From Phoronis australis (lineage: Eukaryota > Animalia > Phoronida): 64,000 nt of DNA. The notes under the pieces were generated by a model. That model did not search any database. It had not been told where the DNA came from and saw only the letters and a list, made by a program, of their open reading frames with translations. Of this stretch, positions 1-10,842 are shown piece after piece. The DNA is taken from positions 363,901 through 427,900 of the forward strand of contig NMRA01000095.1 of NCBI GenBank assembly GCA_002633005.1. The letters are read 5' to 3'. Position 1 is the stretch's first letter, and the number at the start of each line of letters is the position of its first letter. Both the position numbers and the translations under genes were made by a program.

Positions 1-179
1 ATCTTATAAACAAACAGTTTGACTAAGTCCGTTCAATCACACGAAATGAATCTTTAAGAACTAAAACTAAAGGCAATACTACTAATAGAATACCATTCAT
101 AACTATGTTCAATCCATGTTAAAACGGAATTAGCCACGTCTTCAGAAAACATCTTTCCACGCTGCATATTTCCCCTCAA

Positions 180-713
180 ATGAAAAACCTATTTCCTCAT
201 CCACCTATAATTTCTTGGAGAAAATGTAAAAATCTAAAAAATTATTTAGTTAAAGCTAATATCGACAATATACACCAAACTGACAAACCTATTGGCAACA
301 CACAATGTAACAAAACTAGGTGTAAAATATGTAACTTTATCAACGATAGCACTTTTTTCCAGTCTTCCCAAACCAATGAAAACTTTGAAATAAAACATTA
401 TTCTGATTGCACCACCAACAATATTATTTACCTTATAACTTGTGAAAAATATTCTATCCAATGCGTAGGACAAACTCAACATAATCTACAAACTCGGTTT
501 CGTAATCATAGATTTAACATAATACATAAAAACATTTCTGATACTATGGGTAATCATTTCAATTCCAAAAACCATAATATTCAAGATCTTTCTGTACAAA
601 TAATAGAAAAACTCCCAACACCCCAGTACCCTCACAGACTCAAAAGAGAACAATATTGGATAGACAAGCTCAATACAATAGAACCTCATGGATTCAACAT
701 AAAAACTTCTTAA
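180..713 (+). mobile_element. Penelope-like retroelement, C-terminal GIY-YIG endonuclease region (5'-degraded)
   Basis: The ORF shows the PLE pattern: PPIISWRKCKNLKNYLVKA linker, C-x4-C-x2-C, then DCTTNNIIYLITC..SIQCVGQT (GIY-YIG), RFRNHR, NHFNS.NH and REQYWIDKLNTIEPHGFN. Upstream sequence is degenerate and no RT is visible in the window. Confidence 0.9.
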
Positions 714-815
714 AATATGTCATTGAATTTTTTACGCAAAAATGTATCATATTCATTACACCATATCTTATATGTCAATTGTCATATAGTGTTTGATTTT
801 ACTTTATTTCTGTTT

Positions 816-853
816 CTGTTGACAAAGGAAGTTATTACATCCGAAAATTTCAG
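816..853 (+). ncRNA. Minimal type-I hammerhead ribozyme motif (U3-A8 variant) in the Penelope 3' region
   Basis: CTG(816-818), core TTGACAA, extra A, stem II GGAaGT-tatt-ACaTCC, GAA, palindromic AATT (stem III), T, then CAG(851-853) pairing with CTG. It lies about 100 nt after the PLE stop codon, where PLE hammerheads are known to occur. Confidence 0.65.
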
Positions 854-1244
854 TTGATCCATTCTTGTTGTTTTACTTACCTATTTATATTCTACATTTC
901 GTGAAACAATAGTATCCTTGGGAAGATCTGGATCGCCTTATTTAGTTTCAGATTTATTTTCTACGTTATTTATAGTCTTTGTAACGTATTCATTGTTTAA
1001 ATTCATTTGAACACATGTCACTATAATAAAAAAATTCTTACTTACTTATTCACACCATTAGCATAGCCACATATCACATCAAGTTAAGATCAGAAACTTC
1101 AAGAGCAAACCAAGTTTTTACTGGCTGAAGTAATCGCTTAAAAACACGCACAGCAAATTCTTAAAAGCCATTCATTTTGGTTTGTGTTTTTAGAGTATGT
1201 CTCAACACCAGGTGCTATGAAGTTTCACAATTTTGACACGTGTT

Positions 1245-2708
1245 TAACCTGTCCTGTGGCTGAATGAAATTCAGTGATTGGTCATTGAGGCTTACTTCAT
1301 CTAATGTAGTTAGAAATATGTTTTGATTTGACATTACCTAATTAGCACTATATAAGACTTTGAATATACCTGGTTGCAGTGTATAATGACGTCATTCTCC
1401 ACTACATAGTTGATGATGAAAGAAGATTCATTGCAATAGGTTTTGGCTTATCTTTTTTGTAATTTTACTGCCATACATAGGTTCTACCGAAAGTGAAGGT
1501 TAATAGCATTCACCTTGTACCCTGGAAAAGCAACAACTTTCTGCATGCATATTGATTCTTCACTTCCTTGTTTTTTCGATCCAGTGACTCGCTTGGTCTG
1601 TACATTCTGTCTGTATGTGTGGTCAGTCTGTAATACCTGTAAAATGAGTTCCAGATTTAGTGATTGGGGAAAGAAGTTACACCAGCAAACAATCATGATG
1701 CTGTTTTACGTTTGAATCTCGCTTCAACAACAAGATTGTACTACTGTGTCATCATCTACTTCCCCTTAAAGGTATGGCAAAATGTCACAAATACTTGTAT
1801 GATCTTGAATTGTTGTATTTACTGAACGTTACTCAGATGTCTGAGGATTCAATACCTTTTTGCTTTCGCTTGGTTGGGTCTTGATGGTACTCTAGTACTT
1901 CTGAACCCACTTAATTTTATCTTAGAACTGACTTCCGGTGCCCATCGTCTTCAGATTTGACTGAGGTTGTCTGAAAGAAAGGAATACACATAGTAGTAAC
2001 AGTTTAGTTTTTTTACAGAAGTGGTAAATTTGCTGTTTTGCGTAACATTGGGTTATGATTAACTGTCAGACAAAGTAGAAAAATTTGTCCTACAGCGTAC
2101 GCATTCGATGCATGTGTGTAACTTCTTTTGGGTTCTGACAGCTGGCGTAGTTCAACTTGAAAACAGGGATATCTTTAATTAGCAGTCTTGGACTGGGGCA
2201 CTTATGCAAACCTGTATGGCTGCAATCACGGGGCCACTAGCAACACAATTCAGTACATAACTACTCATAGCCCAAAAATGCACCGACAATGTAGGAAACC
2301 CCAATCATAACAAAATAGTGTGCACAGTTTCTTGGTACCAATAAAACAAAATGAAAGCTCACTAAATTTAATAGACACACACACTTGCAAGTCATAATCT
2401 GGATCAGGAGAGAAAGTGAATACCGTGAGTTTTGGACATTGAAACTGAGTACAGAACTAACTAGTTGTGATGAAATCTTTGATTTGATTTTTAAAACTAC
2501 TAATGAATAATGGCATGTATTCCAACTCACCATCACCGAGTTCATATAGGCCAAATTTCCGAGTGCTCTTAACAGCTGTGTAGCTGGTTGACGTCTCCAC
2601 TTCAAAATCGTTTACTAGGTTTAGTGATGCCTCGTACTTTTCTACAAAGCAATGGAAATCACCCCATTTGTTTTGAAATACTTCACCCGCTCTTTTTTGT
2701 GGAGACAC
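1245..2708 (-). pseudogene. Degenerate spliced CaRF-like (calcium-responsive transcription factor family) gene or transposon-derived remnant
   Basis: Exon-like pieces occur in order: EASLNLVNDFEVETSTSYTAVKSTRKFG (~2708-2550); GVSYIVG...CASGP (frameshifted, ~2310-2225); and ag|TDHTYRQNVQTKRVTGSKKQGSEESICMQKVVAFPGYK|gtgaat (1627-1514), which resembles CaRF-type CPARIYIKKVQKFPEY. Stops, frameshifts and loss of the expected Cys indicate decay. Confidence 0.55.
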
Positions 2709-5700
2709 TCTGACAAATGCTCATATTATTTTAGCTTAATTGTATAAGAAAATGAATTTTTTTGAATGGATGTAAAGAACTCGATCTAAGTGAAAATAAG
2801 GTCATATCGCGTTTTAGTCGTGATAGATCGACCTGAAAGAGCTCTCATCATTTTCGGGTGGGTGAAAATTCCTGAAAAAACCCAAACCTTTTTTTGGTGG
2901 GTAGCACGCGATTTCACGCTTGTATCCATTACCTGATGGCGTTAAGTTCCATCCCCAGAACAGGCGTAATTACCATATTTATTGCTCCTACAGCCCAAAT
3001 GGGTAACAAACTATTGAAATCGCTGATAAAAGCGTGTCAAGTTTGTAGTCCTTGTATAACCCTTGATTCTATCACGAACATTTCGCGTTGTGGTTTTATT
3101 CAAAATAGTTTCAAATTTCTTTTTAATATTAAATCTCTTTGTATACATGCATGTAAAATAACTTATTGTGTATGAAAATGATTTATTTATATTCGTTATC
3201 ATATGTCATTGTAATCTTAACATCAATTTATTAATGTCATTGATTTGTGTGCATAATTTTGTATAGATTACTTTGTATTTGTTTAGCCCAGATACAATGC
3301 CTCTTGGGTACTTATTGTACTGACTATTTCATAATAAACATTTAAAGAACTCCTTTTCTCAGTTTCATCACCACATCCTACTGTACAAATAAATCTTAAA
3401 GTACAGCTGATCGAATTTTGGAAGCCGCGCACTTTTGTCTTTCGTATCTTCTTTATAAAAGAGTGTGTAGGAATCCTGCTGCCTGGTTCCTTGCGTGCCA
3501 CTAGATGGTAGGCAGCACTCGTGCTGGCTAGGCGCCTTGGTAACCAGCGAGGGAATCCTCGCACTCCAAAAGTAGAATCGTGACTTACGACAACAGGTGT
3601 CACTGCTGCATACCTGGATTGGCTAGTTGACATTGTCCTGCATTCCGAGACTCTCGTAAGCTGAGCTAACCTGATAATAGGTGTCGTTAATTTCGAATTT
3701 AAAAGAGCTTTGGAGAATAGACAAAACACCGTTTGTTTGTTGTTTTCTTATTATTCTGCACATTGTAAACTATTCTAAGTATACATTTAATGTATATTGT
3801 TTAAAAACAGTCAGCATGAAGACAAGTGTAGAGTGTGTAAAATAAGGTTTGCATCGGTAGTGTCGCTTTTACTAAGAGCGAAGTATACATGTACGTACAC
3901 GGAGAGTCTAATTAATGCATAGATTGTCATCGTTGCCAATTAACGGATCAACGTGAAATGAGACCGTCCTGGATTCACAGCGACACTCGAATCACCTCTT
4001 ATTTTTCAAGCACAATGCATTAATATCCTCGTTTTGGCACAGTAAAGTTCCACATGTTCTGTGTTGTAGTCATTAACAATTTTTTCTGAGATGCATTGCT
4101 CTACTTGTCCTTCCACTTCCTACAAAGTATCACTATTGTGTTGTGGGCTACAGTTCCAACTGGAGAGAGTTAGATGTTTTTACAAATATGTGTAGATGCT
4201 TGATATTTGGTTTCCGACATCAATCAAAGACAACTTGAAGATAATGCGGAGCAAGTGCAGAAAGCAAGATCGTTGGGTTAATTCTGAACTGAACAAAACC
4301 TCTCTTTTTCAACTTACCTTTTCTATTCTGCTACTTTTAAACAGTTGAAATCTGGAATATTTCCTCGACATACACCTAAACGGTTTTCGACATAGGCCTG
4401 TGGAAAAATGTGCCTGACATCCCAAAACGAGGCCAATGAAAATGATCGTGGCGCTTTCCCACCTTATTGCTGTCCGGGACGGCCCTATTACAAGTGTATT
4501 CTATGACAATTACTGTGTAGAGAAGACCAACATGTGAACTTGTTGCCAGGGCCAACCCTTGTTGCTAAGTTGTTCGACGTTTGACGTCGTTTTTATGACC
4601 AATTCATGAGCCGTCTAATCTCTATTATGAGAGCAGCTACAACATTCAATGCCTATAATTTTTCGATTTCCACGTGGTTTCGTAATTCAAAACATAGATT
4701 GTATTTGTAAATAATGAAGTGAGTCTGAGATGTTAATTGTTATAATTCAAAGGAAATGAATGGCCTACTTCAATATGCAGCTGCCACGCTCATGTGGAAC
4801 GTCTCTTATAAGGATACAAAATCCTGTTTTGATGACTTCAAAGAATCCTCGTTCTGTCACCTGCTAAGGCATCATTGGCGTCAATTTTGCAAGCCAAAGA
4901 CAGTAATCAACAACAAACGCATCCTCCCTGTCTGAATTTGGATATTACGGTCCTTGATGGGTAGTGCTTCCCACAGCTGCCGTGTACTTCGCCAAATGTG
5001 TAAGTCACGCTTGCCCGTTTAGCAGACTTTGAAAGGAGTTTTCAAATTTTCTTCCAACCTTGCGAGGGTTGTCGAGGGTTACAGATCTTTATATTGTTTC
5101 AGAGAATTGGGTGGGGCGTCGTTTTTAATATCTGTTAATAGGCCAACACCGGGTTTGGTATCCTTTTACGAGTGAGAGTCACTGAAAAATACGTTGATAT
5201 TGCTTCAAAACATTCAATGAAGATAATATGTTTTTTCCAAGAAGTCCAACACAAAAAGGGCAAAAAATGAACGCTAGCCCAGACGACAAAATGGTCTGTA
5301 AATTGATTAGGCAATTTTGTCGCAATTTCAAATTCATGTTTCTCATTTTTAGAAGCTAATTTTGCAAACTACTTTCCAAAACGAGGGCTTAGAATGAACG
5401 AACACTCCTCTGTAACAGTTTTACGCGAGTTTGCCATTTTTTGCCGGTAGTTTGAGAAATTGCTTGCGCTCGTTTCGTATAACTCGATCTAACGAGCGTA
5501 AGGTAACAGTATCGAGCCAAAACACACTAAGCGGCATTTTCCTCCCAGCGGGGAACTTCGTGTTTCTTTTTAGCAGCAACTTCAAAAATCTTTTTCCTCC
5601 GAAAACAATTACTTAATTGTGTGTTGAGAAATTCTAGGGGTATTATATGCCATTTAAAAGTTTCGCATACTCTCGCTAGACTGTATATTCGAAATCGTTT

Positions 5701-5840
5701 CCAGACCTAGTTGTGTTTTGATTCTCCCAGGCACGAATTACCGGTTGCATAGGTCGGGGAGGTCGTTGCATCAAGTGACGTTTTTTCTCACTCAAGCGCG
5801 AACACTCTAGGACATACTGCGGAGTTTCTGCAAAACAGCC

Positions 5841-6146
5841 ATGGCAACCTATTCAAATCTGATTTTAAGAACCTTGTTGCTGGCGACAGTTTTATCAGAA
5901 TATCTACAGGCTGATACTGGGCGACGTAAATCCTACCACTACCGTTGGACATACCCGGCGCATAATAAGCGTCAAAGTCGCGTCTATTACTGGAATCCGC
6001 AGCGGACATCTGGACGCTCCAGTGTTTATACCCACTGGTATTACCCCCGCAACTCTCGGAGTGTTTACGCAAACAATTATGACGGGTTTCAACGTGATTT
6101 TCCTGGACACACACGTACGCAGTCGCCACGTCAACCACGTTATCCC
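5841..6146 (+). CDS. Coding exon 1 of secreted Cys-repeat protein: signal peptide plus Arg/Tyr/Trp/Ser-rich domain
   Basis: Strong Kozak context cagccATGG with an in-frame stop upstream; hydrophobic LILRTLLLATVL with likely cleavage at LQA/D; phase-0 donor CCC|GTGAGT at 6147; upstream acceptor ttctcccag at 5730 suggests a 5'-UTR intron. Linkage to the downstream exons is inferred from phase compatibility. Confidence 0.7.
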
Positions 6147-7977
6147 GTGAGTAGCCTATTTTGACACATTAGTTTACTGTAGACCATTCAGGTAGCAGTG
6201 CCTGTTTTTTCCATATTCATATACGCAAACGCAATCTGGGAATAACGTCTGTTGATCAACATAGGGTTCTTTTCGTTGAAGTTAATTTAGTAGTTCAACA
6301 TATTTTAGACAGTCAGAGTTGGTGCAAAAGTGGCTTGTTTTCCTGAAAGCTACGGTACGTTTCGTCCTGTTTAGCTGGCTAAAAATGAAAATCAAGTTGG
6401 GTCCATCACTCACATCAAATCGATCATGTGACAATCGTCACTGCGAAAGATCTCAGTCTTCTTAATCAACTTGAGTTGTCAGCAATGCATACCTGCGCCG
6501 TTTTCATACCTGCGCCGTTTTCGAATTTGCAGTTGGTGTTGGCTTTTTCAATTAGAAATCCTTGTGAATCTCTCGCGGTATTTGAGCATCACAGACAGGC
6601 ATTAAAATTCTAACCGTGACATATAATTTCACTTCATTGACACGAAACGTCAATGGTTTTAAAGTGTCTCAATTAAACAATCATCTCCTAAGGCTTTATT
6701 TACACATTGCAGAAAGGTTCCGACAATTCTCCATATTTCATTGACAAAACGTGTTCACATGGTGGACTACCCGGCATTGAACCGCCTTTAGTTCGGGAAG
6801 ACCGCGGCCACCTTTGTTCAAACATTTTGAATGATATGTCCTTTTCCAGCTTTGTTTTCTAATAGTAAATCTTTTCATCTGTAAGTGTTTATGTCCTCAG
6901 ATGGCTCCTGTAATATAATTGATTACCACTGTTTTTCTATTTTTGCGAAATTCTACATTTTGTCTGAAGGAATTGCTGCACGCATTCTGCTTCACGCTTG
7001 CTAGTGGATGTCTCTTTCGCTGCCGCACACGGATGCTGACGAATGTTACACCGAAAAAGTGAATTGTACACGGTCCTTTTCTAATCGTCAGGACCGCTTC
7101 GCAATTTTAGGGCTTTGCGCGCAGTCCTCTTGGATGTCTGAGGAGCGGCGAATTGACTCGGTACCACGATCTGCAGTTAGCGAGGACGTAGGGTACCCCT
7201 AATTTTCCTTTCGAAAAAAACCGCCCGACTATTTTGTGTGTTCTACGGCGAACTTTTGTTTGATTCGTTGTATTTCCTTTGAAATGTCTCGTCGTCCATT
7301 CATCGGCTGTTGTTCACTGGCTTCATTTCTAGTAGGGTCAGGACTTTTGCACCCCACGTAACCTGCACACGGGGTTCCCTTGCTGTTTTGGTGACTTCAT
7401 TTCACGTTTGTCGACCTGGAAATTTGCCAGTTCGCATTTGACGAGTTGATGTGGTGCTAAACGTGGAGCCCAGTAGGTACACACGGATTTGGGATGATCT
7501 CATACTGTGCAGAGAAATGTGTTGGCTTCAGATGAAGTGCTGTTGACATCGGAGCTTCGATGATAGCATCGGCTGCTCCGTGTCATCCACACGGCCTTCC
7601 GAGATGTCCAACGTCAAAGGCCGCGTTCATGTCCTGCTACACCGCGTTCTCGGGTTTTTTGCCGTCACTTTGACACGGTTCGTGACGGATGAGTGATAGG
7701 CGCTATCATAGCACTCACAGTTCGCGAATCTCGTCTCAACTTTTACCACCACTAAGCACTGTTATCTCTAGAAAATTGAAATTAAACTTAAACTTGCTTT
7801 TGATCGAAGCTCGCACCATATGGATGAATCAATAAGAGAGTACGATAACGGACGTTGCCCATCGCCTTTTTCTTCTGTACCATTGCTCCAAATGGTACAT
7901 AAGCCTACAACGAAGTCCCTGCCGTTGCTTTTTTTCTTTTTGTCGTTCATGAACGTGAGTTTAAAAATCAAAAACGA

Positions 7978-8059
7978 CGACGAGGATGGGACTCGAACCC
8001 ACGCGGGGAGACCCCAATGAATTAGCAATCCATCGCCTTAACCACTCGGCCACCTCGTC
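7978..8059 (-). tRNA. tRNA-Ser(GCT), copy 1
   Basis: 82 nt, GACGAGGTGGCCGAGTGGTTAAGGCGATGGATTGCTAATTCAT...GGTTCGAGTCCCATCCTCGTCG; A and B boxes, long variable arm, one G-U pair in the anticodon stem, T-run Pol III terminator downstream. Confidence 0.92.
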
Positions 8060-8616
8060 CTCGAAAACTAGTCGCAGGAACTTCATTCAAATAATAAGAT
8101 ACTTAGAATCTGCTATAAAACCGCCTTTTATCGAAAAAGGTTGCGCTAGAGCGCTCACAGTTCATGAATCTCGCCTCAGCTCTTTCGACCTCTGATCGAG
8201 TACTGCGGTCCAAAGAACATGAATATCAAACTTGCTTTGGACAAGCAGGGCGACAACGGTTATTCTATGAGTAACTGGACATACTTTTATATCTGGAAAG
8301 TAAACTCTGGCTGTTTCAGTGTTAATTAAGGTATTTCTGATGGCATTGATATTCAAGAGTAATCAGTGATGGGGTGGATAAGAAGGACTGCACATGAGTT
8401 CGCATCCTATTTTGTCGTCATTTTGATTTTGAAGCTCGCACCCTAAAGATCAAACAAAATTAAAGTAAGATATTGGACGGTGCCACCGCCTTTTTCTTCT
8501 ACATCGTTGCTCCAAATGGTGCGCAGGCCTACAACAAACGTTTACCAGTCCTTGCCGTTGTTTTGTTGTTGTTTTTTGTCAGTTCATGAACGTGTGAGCT
8601 TCAAAATCAAAAATCA

Positions 8617-8698
8617 CGACGAGGATGGGAATCGAACCCACGCGGGGAGACCCCAATGAATTAGCAGTCTATCGCCTTAACGGCTCGACTACGTGCAC
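8617..8698 (-). pseudogene. tRNA-Ser(GCT) pseudogene, 5' end degraded
   Basis: The 3' two-thirds match copy 1; the acceptor stem 5' strand and A box are corrupted (gtagtcgagccgttaagg) next to a G-rich insertion at ~8692-8825; the anticodon stem is mismatched. Confidence 0.8.
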
Positions 8699-8845
8699 GG
8701 TCGGAGCACCATAAGGGGTTGAGGGGACGTAGCCCCCACTTTTTCAGTGGTGTGCTACCATGGTCTATGGGCGGTGCACCACAGAGGGGGGGGGGGCTAT
8801 GGGGCTATAGTCCCCACACACACTGAGTTTCAAAGACAAAAATGA

Positions 8846-8927
8846 CGACGAGGATGGGACTCGAACCCACGCGGGGAGACCCCAATGGATTAGCAATCCA
8901 TCGCCTTAACCACTCGGCCACCTCGTC
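8846..8927 (-). tRNA. tRNA-Ser(GCT), copy 3 (intact)
   Basis: 82 nt; perfect anticodon stem ATGGA-TT-GCT-AA-TCCAT; intact A and B boxes; TTTTT terminator. Confidence 0.95.
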
Positions 8928-9759
8928 CTTGAAATTTCAAGCGTAGGAACTCTATACGTTTCGCAGCCAAGTCGACACAAGCAACATTTCCTAGTAAAGA
9001 GGTTCAATATTCTTCTAGAATAATTTTCTTAAAGCTGGGTATAGATAAGCATTGTTCTTGGAGCTATTTCGCTAACGTCAAGTATGTATTATTGAGAAAG
9101 ATCGATGGACTGGTGACAAAAAAAAATTTAATAATGAAAATTTGAAAGACAAAGGGTAATGAAAATTGTCAAATGGCAGATGTCCTTCTATAATATCTAC
9201 TCGTTTTCCTCCAAAAGAAATAGTCCACCGTTGGAGCCAAGTCGTAATGAATGCGTACACGATTTGGCAACCGCACTTTCGGTAACCCGGCGAAGTCTCA
9301 AAAGCACGGCGTGTTTTCCTTATTCTCATGCATACGTGAAAGCACAGTCAGACGATTACTTGATAGGTCATGCTGCACAAAATTTCCACAAGGCCATCAC
9401 TTGAATGATAAATTTGTGATTTCTGCTTCGGTCTGGTAGTGATATCAATGGAAGTCACATATCAATGAATGATCGTGTCCGAAATATTGTTGGCGGTTTT
9501 TGTTTCAACAACTTGGTTATTCGCCTGTTTTTGGGTGTGTCATTACTGGTACTGATTATACCATTAGTGATGTAAACATAAGATAACGCTGCCGGGTCGT
9601 GTTGGCATGACGAGCTGTCTTTTGGAAACTCAGCATTCAAAATAACAACTAACTTTTGCAAAGTGAACCAAAAAGCTAATTTGTCGTGATGAAGTTATAA
9701 GTGTGCATCGTACCTTTTAGAGATGGTGCATATGCAGTGAAACCGTGGCACAAAAAGCC

Positions 9760-9777
9760 AACAGCAGCAACAGCAGT

Positions 9778-9853
<76 letters not shown>
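9760..9853 (+). repeat. (CAG/AGC)n trinucleotide microsatellite, about 31 units
   Basis: Directly visible; interrupted by one CAA and one TAG. It explains the poly-Ser and poly-Cys ORFs. Confidence 0.97.
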
Positions 9854-9854
<1 letters not shown>

Positions 9855-9914
9855 TTCAATAAAAGACCACACCAAACCACGCGTTGCAACAGACGATCCT
9901 TTGGGCGAAGTGAT

Positions 9915-10105
9915 CTTGCTTTTACATTCGTGCGTAAATTCAAATCGCGTTCACATGCGCCAGGTGTATATTTATTTATGAGGGTGGTGTAATTATACAC
10001 CCGGGTGTAGCTTTACACCCGGGAGTATTTGCGTTTATATGACACAAATACACACCGTACGTAAATATACACCCGGGTGTAAACATCATGTAAACGGAGC
10101 GTTAG
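9915..10105. mobile_element. MITE-like palindromic repeat (tacacccgggtgta units)
   Basis: Several copies of the palindrome TACACCCGGGTGTA bracketed by gcgttcacatg / catgtaaacg inverted motifs. Confidence 0.55.
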
Positions 10106-10760
10106 TTGAGTCCCTATTTGGGACTGTTTCATATAACCGGGCACTGGCCCTTTAAATTCGCCAAATGAGCAAAAAGATTGGGCAGGAGAGATCAGAGGAA
10201 GGGGTTGATGAGGTGGAGTGTGGGGACCTCAACATTGTTATCGTTAAAATTACCACAGTTCTTGTTGACTAACGACATGCAGACGTTGTCCGTTTTTTGC
10301 CTGGGTGTTTTGGAGATTCCGTGTAACCCAACTGATTTACAAGGCGAAACATTTATTTGGATGCACCGTCAGCGAAACCATGTGGTAGCTATATCAAGCA
10401 ACCTTCAACTCATTTGTTGAATTAGTATATTCGTCAGAGCACGAGTCTATCTACGAAACGTTTGATCGTAATGGAAGCACCAACCTTCATGAAGGGGAAA
10501 TGTCATAGGGTAATTGACATATAAAGCGTCAGCAAATATTTCTTGTAATTAGCTACACCTGCTCCGATTTACGTTCAAAAAGTCTGCTGAGAGTGTTTCT
10601 TCATCATGCGATACGCTTGTGATGCTTATGCGGCTATCGTGACGTCTCAAGAATGCAGTCGATTCATTCTGGCTGCCAGCGTCTTACATTGCAATCATTA
10701 TGATGTTGTCCAAAAATATGGCACGGAATCTTCACCCTTGCAGCCACCTGCCATCATGCG

Positions 10761-10842
10761 AACGCGCTGGCCATGCGGTTAAGGTGATGGACTGCCACTT
10801 CACTGTCTTCTCCCTGCAGGGGTTCCATTCCCATCCTTGTCG
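10761..10842 (+). pseudogene. Old tRNA-Ser-derived pseudogene (anticodon position now GCC)
   Basis: Gap-free 82-nt alignment to tRNA-Ser(GCT): AACGCGCTGGCCATGCGGTTAAGGTGATGGACTGCCAC...GGTTCCATTCCCATCCTTGTCG. Stems are broken and no T-run terminator is adjacent. Confidence 0.75.

Larger units (their letters stand above)
7795..8698. repeat. Local duplication unit carrying the tRNA-Ser gene and its 3' flank
   Basis: ~7795-7977 (gaagctcgcacc...ttgctccaaatggt...ttcatgaacgtg...aaaatcaaaaa) recurs, diverged, at ~8425-8616. Confidence 0.85.

Noticed and set aside
2894-3729. ORFs of 93 and 148 aa
   Set aside because: No convincing domain; at most a decayed repeat fragment that could not be classified.
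6760-6784. TGGTGGACTACCCGGCATTGAACC after CA, resembling an LTR primer-binding site or tRNA 3' end with CCA
   Set aside because: No paired LTR, no gag/pol and no 5' tRNA half were found; the match to a tRNA end is loose.
9723-9963. Poly-Gln exon with TGA/TAG read-through (ends ...HAPG like the Cys-module exons)
   Set aside because: Two in-frame stops, a phase-1 exit incompatible with the phase-0 exon at 12215, and the end lies in MITE-like sequence.
9695-10000. Poly-cysteine ORF on the minus strand
   Set aside because: Antisense reading of the CAG microsatellite; non-ATG start inside MITE-like sequence.
10761-10842. Anticodon-shifted functional tRNA (Ser body with GCC/Gly anticodon) implying recoding
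   Set aside because: Acceptor, D, anticodon and T stems and the B box all carry disruptive changes; it is a decayed pseudogene.
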